Position numbers and translations under genes: made by a program. This document shows positions 54,792-64,000 of a DNA stretch of 64,000 nt, piece by piece. The notes under the pieces are model-generated. The model worked only from the letters and a program-made list of their open reading frames with translations, was not told the DNA's origin and made no database searches. The stretch comes from Antechinus flavipes (taxonomy: Eukaryota): the NCBI RefSeq assembly GCF_016432865.1, contig NC_067401.1, forward strand, positions 868,001 to 932,000, written 5' to 3'. Within the stretch, counting starts at the first letter, position 1. Every line of letters starts with the position of its first letter.

Positions 54792-55904
54792 CGCCTGCGA
54801 GACAGGAGGAGAGCCGGGTTACGAGTGCGGATCCCACAGGAGGGGCAGTGGGGGCGGGGACATGAGAGGGCCAGGCCCCTGAGGGGGGGAGGGGAATTTG
54901 GGATCAAGATCCCGTAATGGGGGGGGCGAGGCTCGGGCCAGCGCAGACGAAATCCCGGTGCCCAGGATGGATGGAAGGCAGAGGTCCGCCAGGGTTCCGC
55001 TTTGTGAGGGGGGGCCGCCCCCCAGCTCCCGAGCTGGGTCTGAGGACCCCGATGCTAGAAAAGGGGAAGTGAGGAGGCAGCCGTCTGGGGCAGCTCGGAG
55101 GAGAAGCCTCGGAGGGACCCTCCAGGGGGCACAACAGGCGCCCCCACCCGGCCCATCCTCCAGCCGAGGGGGGGGAGCGGACGCAGGGACAGCCCGAGCC
55201 CCGGCTCCTTGTGCGAAAAAAGGGCGCGCTCCCAGCCCAGCGCGCCGGGGCTTTTCCTGCCGCCGCCTTTCCAAGTCCGGCAGCGCTGGTGGCGCACACT
55301 GGGAGCGAGCCCCGAGCCTGGGCGGGGAGGGGGGGTCACCGACTGGGGGTCTCACTGCGCCGAGCAGGCCGCTCTCGGGGCAGAAATGAGGGCCGGGAGC
55401 GAGGGCTCCCAAGGGCTACAGTCTCGGCACTCCCCCCCTTCCCAGGAGGCTCCTCGCTTGTGGGGGAGCTTAGTGCCCCAGGAGGGAGGGGTCTCAGAAC
55501 CAAGCCCCCCAAACGGCAAAAAGCCCTTCTGGGCATGTGTGAGCAGGGGAGCCCCGAGAGCAGCACAGGCACAGGCAGGGGGCTCCGCTTTCTGTAACCA
55601 CCGGACTCAACCTGGGCCCCCATAATTAGACCTCCCTACTATGAGACAGAGACAGAGACAGGGAGAGACACAGAGGGAGACACACACACAGAAAGAGAAA
55701 CAGGCCCAGAAGCCGAGCCTGGCAGGCAGGCAGGGCACCCTGGGCCCAAGGACACCCAGCCACAGATTCCCAATGAGACGCTGCAGTGGGAAGCGGGGGG
55801 TGCGTCCCCTGGGCCGGACCCTGATGGCACATGTGGGCACACGGGCACACGCCTCCCTGTCTCACGATGCCCACGTGACCTCCCGGGGCAGACGGCCAGC
55901 CGAG

Positions 55905-55970
55905 CCCCCCTCGCCACTTTACTATCTGTGACCCCAGGCAAGTCGTGCCTCAGTTTCCTCATCTGTTAGT
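55905..55970 (-). mobile_element. MIR core fragment
   Basis: CTGTGACCCCAGGCAAGTCGTGCCTCAGTTTCCTCATCTGT. Confidence 0.6.
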
Positions 55971-56356
55971 GGAACTCAAGGCCCCCCGTCTCTCTGAAGA
56001 CCAGGTTCCTGTGGGCGCCCGCCTCCCTCCCCCTGCCCGGGCGCTTCACGGCCTTCAGGGGCTCCCCACTGCCACGCGGCCAGTTCTCGCCCCAGGAGAG
56101 GACGAAGGCCCCGCCAGCTTCCCCTTTCCCACGGCCTGAGGGCGAGGGGCCTCCTCCTGCCCCCCCCCCAGCTTCCCGGGCTGGTCTCCTGGAGTCTCCG
56201 GCCTCCCTGGGCCAGGAGCGGCCTCAGAGCCCGGCAGCCAGCCTCGAGTTCTCGGGCCGGCCTCGGCCTTGGGGACCTCTCCCGCTCCCTCCTGGGACTC
56301 GGCAGCTGTGCAGGGCAGGGCTAGTGGCCCTCTGGGAAGCTCAGCTTCGCCAGGGG

Positions 56357-56407
56357 TGAGTCACAAGTTCCTCCTCCGGCCAGGCCGGCCTGAAGCAATA
56401 CAGGAAG
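56357..56407. promoter_or_regulatory. AP-1 plus ETS/PU.1 motif cluster in ITGB2 intron 1
   Basis: TGAGTCA (56357-56363), AGTTCCTC = GAGGAACT on minus (56366-56373), CAGGAAG (56401-56407). Confidence 0.4.
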
Positions 56408-56529
56408 GAGAGGTCCTTGCCCTGGAGGCCGGAGGGCTCTGGGGCCAGTGGGAGGGGGGCCCCAGGCAGGGTCTGGCGGCTGGTGCTCCCCCGTCCCCGG
56501 GATCCCTTCCTGCCCCCCGGGTGTCTCCG

Positions 56530-56635
56530 TGACAGGGGTCGCTGCCCAGGAGGCCGAGGGCTGAGATCTGGAGGCTCAGGGCTCACCCAGACAGCAACTG
56601 CTGGAGGCGGGATTCGAACTCGGGCCTTTCTGACT
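56530..56635 (+). mobile_element. CORE-SINE fragment
   Basis: GCTCACCCAG...GGCGGGATTCGAACTCGGGCCTTTCTGACT. Confidence 0.5.
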
Positions 56636-57847
56636 GCGCCCCCTTGGTGGCTGTCCGTTCTCACTCAGCCCGAGGCACAGCCTGGAACCCGGCCGTCCCC
56701 GGCCCCAGATCCGGCCGCCCACAAGCTCCGTTTGCCGTGGCCTTCCCTGGAGTGCGGAGCGGAAGGGCTAAGGCCCAAGAAGCCACGGAGAGGGAGGGAT
56801 TCTGGGCCACGAGCACGAGCCGAGGCTGCATGCCGCTGCTCGGCTGGGGGCCTCAGCCTTCCCATCTGGAAGATGGGCCGGGACAGGGAGTCTCTGAGGT
56901 CATTTCCTGCATCAGCCTTTGGGGTCCACCAAAGGGTACATATTGTTGGCAGCTCTGAGATACTGGGGATCTGGAGCCTCCCAGCCAGGGGGCTGAGAGG
57001 GTGGGAGGAGGCCAGGAGGCTGAGAGGAGGCTGAGGAGCCGGGAGGCCGGGGGGCAGCAGGAGAGGCAGATCTTGCTGAGCAGAGCCTGCCCGTAGCTGC
57101 TCCCCGGACAGCTTCGCACCCCCCAGAGTGGGCCCCAGACGGGGGATCTCCGCTACAGGGGCAGGCAGTGGTCAGAGAAGCCGGGGAGGGCACCGCAGTG
57201 GGCCCCGGGTCAGTGCCCAGGATCCTGCTGCTCGCATCCGGGGGTGACGGCTCTGCCCCTTACTGCCACCCCACCTCTGTCTGGGTGACCTCAGTTGTTC
57301 AACATGTAAAGCCCAAGCTGGGGGTCAGACCGTCCCCAGGATGACCCCCCCCCCGAGATCCGGCGCTCACCCCCTCCCAGACAAGGTCCAGGTTCAGTTT
57401 AATCCTTGTTTGTCCCAAGATCCTCCCTGTGTGAAGGCCCTGGATCCCCCTTCCCCTCCCCTGGCTTCCAGGGCCGTCTCCCATCCAGCCAGTCTCAGAC
57501 TCCCTCCCCAATTGGTGGGGCAGGGCAGAGGCTGGAGGAAGGCTTCACAGGTCCTGGAAGCAGCAGTAGCCCTAGGCTGCCCCTGGGAGGCAAAATGTGG
57601 GGGGGATTCCCATATTTGGGGAGCAGCCGGGCACTCCCCCCCAGCTGGCATCCACCTCCCGCGCTGCCCGCATGGGCTGTGGGCCTCTGAGGGCGAGGGG
57701 AGAGCCCTCCTGCCCTTGCCCTCTCCCCTCCCCGGCCGGTTCTGGAGGCCCCTTCCTGGCTTTCAAGGCCTTCCCTGAGGGCTGGCTCAGGAGGAAGGTG
57801 CCTGGGCTGGGTCCCCAGCCCTCCCCCAAGCCCGGCCCTGGCCCTAC

Positions 57848-58025
57848 CTGGACACCGGCTGCCCCAGGGCAGCCCTCTGGCTGGGACCGGGCTGCTCCAG
57901 CTGCAATCTGGGCCCAGAGGAAGGGCTGCGCTTCAGGGCTCTGCCGAGGGCTGACTTAGTGTTGCCCAAGTGCAGAGGAAGTGGAGCCCAGAAAATGGTG
58001 TGGGCGGGAGAGAAGAGGAAGCGGC
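57848..58025 (-). promoter_or_regulatory. ITGB2: Candidate ITGB2 promoter and non-coding exon 1
   Basis: Donor CAG|GTAGGG at 57848/57847; three GAGGAAG boxes (57916, 57974 as the PU.1 consensus AGAGGAAGTG, ~58015); no TATA box. Confidence 0.5.
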
Positions 58026-58224
58026 CCCCCAGCATTGCGAGAGGGGCGGGGGAGGACGGGCCAGGGCCCCGGGAGTCTTTCGCTCCCCCCCTCGCCCAAG
58101 ATTCGGAGACGAGCCAGGCCCGACCTCCGCAACTGCAGGCCTAAGTACTGCACAGAGTCCCACATCCAGACTGCCTGAATACCCCCCCTGACAGGGAGCG
58201 CACTATCTATAGACAGCCTATTCT

Positions 58225-58535
58225 GCCTCTTAGCAAGATTGTTTGGGCAATACCTGGGCAGTTGTGGTAACCATATTGTTGCAATAGTCATGATGCAAAA
58301 GAAAAATTAGAACAAAAGGAAAAAAACAGGAGAAAGGGGGAAAACCCCCGAAAGGTGAAGATAGTCTGCTTCTCTGTGTATTTAGTCTGCGTAGCTCTCT
58401 CTGGATGTGGATGCTGTTTCCCACAAGTCTACAGGAATTGTCTCGTAGCGGGATGACAATGTTGCCGTTATGGTGTCTGGCGTTCTCCTGATCTTGCTCA
58501 CTTCATCGGCATCAGCTCATGGAAGGAAGACCAGC
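58225..58535 (-). mobile_element. LINE-1 3'UTR fragment
   Basis: Plus strand AAAGGTGAAGATAGT...TCTCTCTGGATGTGGATG...GTTCTCCTGATCTTGCTCACTTCA is the reverse complement of a marsupial-type L1 3' end from memory. Confidence 0.7.
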
Positions 58536-59089
58536 TTTCTCTAGCTCCATATAGAGCTTGCCCGTATAGGCAAGTCCAGTCAAACAACTTAAATGAACAG
58601 GAGAACTAGGAACTGAGGCCCAGATCACACACTAAGTTAGCTGAATGGCTGAACCTAGATCCTCGCACTTGTGGTTCTTGGACCCAGGTGGAGCCAAACT
58701 AGCCCTGAAAGAACCAAAATAAAGAGCCTGCAAAACATGCCAAAGAGAAGTAGATCAAGAAGACAACTATAATCCTACTTTGTCCATTCTCCACACAGAT
58801 GGAAGAAGTAGAAACAGAAAAGCCCAGCACTTGAGATTCTGGCTGAGCTGCCCAGAAAGGGGAAGCCAAACAAGGCTCTCTCTCACCAGTGGGCTCAGCC
58901 CCAGAACTGTGCCGAGAACAGCCCACTAGCACTGGCTGTCCTGGAGGGGCGGAACGAGCCCAGCTCACCGTCAAAGACACCGGCCTCCTCCTGGCCCCTC
59001 AGGCTCCCAACCTAGCAGTCATTCTGCTCTCCTCACCACTCTCCCCCTCACATCCAAGCTGCTGAGGCTGTAGATTTCACCTCTCCTCA

Positions 59090-59430
59090 ATTTCACTTCT
59101 GCAACTCTTGCCTCAATTTCATCTTTGGAACACCTTTTCTTGTTGATTTCACTTCCTCAGTATTTCTTGTCAATGTCAACTCTCTTGGAACATCTCTTGT
59201 CAATGTCAGTGTCAGTCTTGTACCTTCTCTTGTCAATGTCACCCCCAGCAGGATCTCTCATCAGTTTCACCCTCTTGCAGGATCTCTTGTCAATTTCACC
59301 CCTGAAGCCTCTATCAGTTTCACCTTTGGAACCTCCTTCCTTGAATTTGCCTCTGGAACATCCATCCTCCATTTCACCTTTGCAACATATCTCGTCCACA
59401 TCACCTCAGGAACATGTCTCCTCTCCTTTG
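59090..59430. repeat. Degenerate ~27-33-bp tandem repeat
   Basis: CTTGTCAAT at 59166, 59196, 59229, 59286 with (T/G)TCAC and GGAAC/GGATC elements recurring. Confidence 0.75.
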
Positions 59431-59489
59431 ACACTACTGTCATCTCGTGCAGATCCTTATTACTTCATGCCAGGACTAGGGCAATAGCC

Positions 59490-59710
59490 TCTGGGGGAGT
59501 GTCTGCCTCAAATCTCTCCCCGCTCCACTCCATCTTCCAATCAGCCATCAGGTCTGACCATGGCATTCCCCTCCTCAGTAAACTCTAGTGGATTCCTGTC
59601 ACCAACGATCCAGTGCATCCTGGCTGTTCCTTGAACGAGACTTCATCTCTCAGTCATGGGCATTCTCTCTGACTGTTCTCTGGATCTGGAACACTCTTCC
59701 CTCCTCTGTT
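59490..59710 (+). mobile_element. L2 fragment
   Basis: CTCCATCTTCC...TCTGACCATGGCATTCCCCTCCTCAGTAAACTCTAGTGGATTCCT...CTGGAACACTCTTCC. Confidence 0.55.
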
Positions 59711-60099
59711 AAGGACAGATCAATTCTCCGAGAGCCTCCACAGCTGTGGAGCACAGCTCTGAAGGAGCCGCAAGGCAGCCTTTGCCGACACAGGTATTGG
59801 GGACTGGGATCGAGATACATTGGAGGCAGAGGGAAGGTGAGAGAGGTCAGACAAGGAACGCAAAGGCCTCTCAGTCACAGAGTTCAGAGAACAGCAACTG
59901 CCTCTCAGTCTCCTTGTGGCATCCTCTCACAGGAGATCCATTCTGGCTTGGATCTCCAGTAGCCACTGTCAGGTGGCTCCCGTGTATTCAAACACTCCTG
60001 TTTTGACCTCTCTGTTTCCTTTCAATTCATAGTGGAGAGGAACAGAGTAACAGATATAAGTTCTGAACCCCAGATCACAAGGACCAGACCTGGGAAGAT

Positions 60100-60230
60100 C
60101 ATTGAGGTCATAATGTCCAACTTCCTCATTTCACAAATGAGGGAAACTGAGGGCCAAAGGAAAAATGACTTGTCTATAGTCACATAGGCAGAGGCGGAGC
60201 TGGGGTTTCCAGCTAGGTCTTCTCAGGAGG
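60100..60230 (+). mobile_element. MIR fragment
   Basis: CTCATTTCACAAATGAGGGAAACTGAGGCC...TGACTTGTC...GTCACATAG. Confidence 0.7.
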
Positions 60231-61522
60231 GGCAGACCCTGCTAATTGACTAAGTCAGATCATGGTCCTGGAGTTTCCTGAAGGATTTATAAGCACATCC
60301 CTGAACCAGTGTCAGCACTCCTGCAGGCACATATTGAGGTTAGGTCTCAACCCTTGAAAGGAGAGTAACTTGTGATTCGGAACCCATGGCAAACATCATT
60401 ATAGATGAAAACCTTAGAGGTCATTGAGTCATTTTACAAGTTAGGGCAGACCGGGCACCTCACTCATGCAAGGTCAATGAAGAATGAGAGAGCCAGCTCA
60501 GCCGACACCCCCGGCACTCCTCAAGGAGTCCCATGACTCCTTATTTGCGTCACTCTCTTAGTCTCTGTTAACATTTGAAAGCTGGAGAATCTAGAAAACA
60601 GGCTCACTCCCAGCAAGCTCTCTTCCTATGGCAACATCAACTCTGTCATGAAGTGGGGTGGCTGGGGTGCAATGGAAGCCCTGGGACTTTGGGATCTAGG
60701 TCCTGCTATGGGCAGGGCCTGCTCCTGACCATGCTCAGGCTGGGTACCTTCTCTTGTTTCTGCCCGTCACCATCTGTCCTACCCCTAACCCGGCACGCCG
60801 CCCAAGGGCCAGGGCAAGTTCTGTGGCTTGGAGTGGCCAGTTCCCAGAGTAACAGGGGCTCCTGGGGAGCCAGGATGCTCTGGTGTCTGCCTCCAGCTAT
60901 CTCAGTAGGAGGGTAAAGCGTTCAGTAGGACAGGGCCAGTGCAGATCCCTGGGGAGGGCTGCAGACTGTTCTCTCAAGCAACCAGTGAGCACTGCTCTCT
61001 GCAAGTCCCTGCCCTCGAGGAGAGTCCAAACTAGGTGATGTTCTCATAAAGGAGCATACAGAACAAGGTAACGTGGGCAAAGGAACGACTGCATTAGAAA
61101 AGGCTCCCTGTAAACGGCAGGAATAACCTCTTTGGGGAGCCAGGGGTGTCCCTCGGCCTTCCTGTTTGCTCGCCCTTACCACCTGTTAGCCCCGAGGGGG
61201 GCTTGGGTTGGTCCTGGAGAGATGGCCCAGGAGTTGGCCACCACCCTGTTTCGGACTTTTGACATTCTTTATGTCATCCTGGCCTCCCTGCCCCGATTGG
61301 CCAGAATCACATGAGCCTTTGACCACACTGGCTTGCCACACTCTCCTTCCCAATTTCCCCCAGGATCCAAGGTGCCCTTGTAGCTAGGGGGGCGGGGAGC
61401 GGCCTGGGGGGCCATTAGCCCAACAACACAAGTCCAGCAATGGGGTTAGACAGATTGCCCGATGCTGGGGTGAGTCAGGAGGCCAAGTTATCCGGGTAAC
61501 CCTGGGCCAGGGCCCCAGCCTC

Positions 61523-61618
61523 CCTCGGACTGTCACCCGGGCTCCCCGGGCCCCCCTCGGACTGTCACCCGGGCTCCCCGGGCCCGCCTCGGACTGTCAC
61601 CCGGGCTCCCCGGGCCCC
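61523..61618. repeat. 32-bp tandem repeat, three copies
   Basis: CCTCGGACTGTCACCCGGGCTCCCCGGGCCC at 61523, 61555, 61587. Confidence 0.92.
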
Positions 61619-62169
61619 AGGCCTCCCAGGACTTCCAGTCAGTCAGAGGCTTTCCCCCAGACAAAGAGGGAGCTGGGGCAGGACTCTCAAAACTGCTCTT
61701 TCAAATACCCGGCTCCTAGCTGAGCATGGGCAGGAGGCTGGTGTGGGGGGAGGGGAGAGAAGTGGGCGGAGAGCTCTCTTCTGACTGACCTGGGGCCCAG
61801 AGGAGCCCTGCCCCACCCCCGAGCTAGAAGAGGCCTTCATGACCTCTTGGGACAGGGAAGAGCTCTAGGACGCAGGGGCCGGGCCCACTTCTCTTTCCCG
61901 CTTCCCACATCACTAATTTTACAGAACCAGGGCTGGGCTAGACCAGGGGCCAGCGTGGACAAGGAGCTCACGCTCCGGCGTAGGCCAGAAAACTTGACCG
62001 AAAATGGGAACTGCCTCCACCCACTACCCCTTGCAACTGGAGGCTTGTGCAATGGGCCTGGGTGGGAAGCCAGGGAGAAGCTACCTCAAAAGGGCAGCCC
62101 CGGGGTAGGGCTCCTACAAATGAGGGGTCATCAAGTGGACAAAGTGACCCACTTCTTTGGGGCTGCACC

Positions 62170-62700
62170 AATCAGACCCTGAAAAGATGGTCTTTGAGAG
62201 CAAGAAAAAGGGATCAAGAAATCGGGTGGAGGTCCCGAGGATCCAGGGAAGCACGAAAAGCCAGATGCTAAATGACGGAGCGGCCATTGTGAACACACCT
62301 GGGGCAGGTGGGGGGAAAGAGCCACTGGCTGCGACCCAGGGTTTGACAAAGGCGTTCCTGGGACAAGAGCTTCGGGAGCAGCACGGCAGAAACTCACTGT
62401 AGACCAACATCCCACACCACGTACCCAGGCAAGTTTCAAAATGATTCAGGTGGATCCGGGGCCGCCCCGAACAAGTGACCGGAGGGATCCGGGGCCGCCC
62501 CGAACAAGTGACCGGAGGGATCCGGGGCCGCCCCCAACAAGTGACCGGAGGGATCCGGGGCCGCCCTGAACAAGTGAGAGGCTTATGGAAAAAATCACTG
62601 AACAGATCTAAGAACGGGGAGAAGTCATGACCAAGCAAAAGCTGCAGGAGCAACAGAAGGAAACATGGACAGTTTTGATGACCCATAATTAAAACAGATT
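62170..62700 (+). mobile_element. Possible decayed RTE-clade LINE fragment
   Basis: MVFESKKKGSRNRVE loosely resembles the RTE motif FGKK.RKN.DWFE, and downstream GEVMT resembles GEVITD; similarity is weak. Confidence 0.25.
62452..62578. repeat. 33-bp tandem repeat, about four copies
   Basis: GGATCC at 62452, 62485, 62518, 62551; unit GGATCCGGGGCCGCCCCGAACAAGTGACCGGAG. Confidence 0.92.
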
Positions 62701-64000
62701 CAAAGTGACAGAGGAGGCCTCTTAAACTCCCTGGGTCTAAAGCAGAATTCGTGGTCCCTCCCCCTTCCCTATGACTGAGGAGGCGACATCCTCGGGCCTC
62801 CCAATCTGGGGCCCACTACGGCCTCTCCCTGACATCGTTACAGCCCCCTCCCCTCACATTGTATTCTAGCCGGCCTGCCCCGTCCCTGGCCAGTCCCAGT
62901 CTCTCCTCATCCCCCAACCCGGAGGAACGATGCTGTTTCCTGCCCTAGGCTGGTGCCTGGGGACCGCACAGGAAGCGCTTAGGTGAGGTTTGTGGATTCA
63001 TAGATTGGGGCCCGAGGCGGGGGGCGGGTCAGTGTCTGGAGGTGCTGCTCCCCCTTTTCCGGCTCCACACCCCTGCCCCAGCTGGAGGAGTCAGACCATT
63101 TCCTGGTGGAGGGGTCTAGGGACCTCCTTGCCCCTCCCCAGCCAGAGGTTTCCTCCCTGGTTCTGGGGCCGGCTTCCAGCAGGGTCCTGCCCGCAGCCAG
63201 CTCTTCATCCTCAGGGGTTCCGACCCACGGTTCTGGGCCCCAATCCGGGCTCGGGCGACCATCTCCCAGGGTTCCGTGGCCCCTTGCTCCGCTCTGGGTC
63301 TCCCTCTACCCACCTGCTTTCCCCGCCAGACTCGGGCCCGGGCTCCCAGCCTGTCCCACAGCCTCCTGACCTCCTCCCGGCTTGCTGGGAAGCCCAGGCC
63401 TTCCCGAGCCCTCTTAAATCCCTGCGTCTCTAAATCAATTATCTCCTGCTCATCCCGTCAGGAAGGGCTTTGTGGAGGCCTCCTAACCTCCCGAGGGCAG
63501 GGGCTGCCTTCCAGCCTCAGGTTGATTGATTGATTGATGAACTTTCCCAGGCTCCCTCCCTAAGTGGGAGGGGCAAGCTCTAGCCAAGCTCCCATTTACC
63601 CAGCACCGGAGCCAGGGCTCCATCAGCCCCTCCTGGGGGCCAAGGCCTTCCTCGGCCGAGCCCCAGTCTGGCCTGGGCCTCCCGCCCCAGGGGGGAGGAG
63701 GGGAGGGTCCCAACGCTCCCGAAGTTATTCATAGAACAAGTGTCCGGAGAGGCCCCAGCAGGGAGGGAGCACGAGGCCTCCCACCACTCGCATTGTGGGG
63801 GCAGGGGGAGACTCTGGACAAGCTCCTGGATCTGTCTCGGGTCTATAATGGGGGGGGGTCGAGAACAATTATGAGATCGGGGAGAGGGCGTCCCACAGCC
63901 CGCCCAGCTCCCTCTGCAATCTCTGATCAGGAACCGGGGGTCACACCTGGAAAGCCAAGTCCCTTGACCCCAGGCCAGGCCCTCAGCAGCAGCTGCCTCT

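Noticed and set aside
58540-64000. Exons of the next expected gene (SLX9/FAM207A) or another coding gene
   Set aside because: No recognisable coding exon or consistent splice pattern; the region is mostly repeats

Overview
A GC-rich vertebrate genomic window carrying four protein-coding genes in tandem, all on the minus strand: UBE2G2 (exons 1-5; the last exon lies beyond position 1), SUMO3 (4 coding exons, 94 aa), PTTG1IP/PBF (7 coding exons, 178 aa) and ITGB2/CD18 (15 coding exons, 770 aa, plus a candidate non-coding exon 1). The gene order matches human 21q22.3. The L1, LTR and CORE-SINE fragments suggest a marsupial, probably a dasyurid; this is recognition from memory, not a database result. 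I placed every exon by hand from splice sites and reading phase, and all junctions are in phase. The intergenic and intronic DNA holds many minisatellites, long CT/GA tracts, L1/L2/MIR/LTR fragments and two N gaps. Most notable observations: (1) a 78-nt intron splits what is a single 172-nt exon in human PTTG1IP; (2) a 66-nt stop-containing (poison) cassette exon with strong splice sites sits in UBE2G2 intron 4; (3) ITGB2 intron 14 has a GC donor; (4) old L1 copies appear to have drifted towards GC, as expected under GC-biased gene conversion; (5) an orphan CpG-rich island with an RFX X-box lies between two large CT arrays; (6) a nested hairpin with a GNRA loop lies in UBE2G2 intron 1. Almost all long ORFs in the supplied track are artefacts of GC content or repeats.
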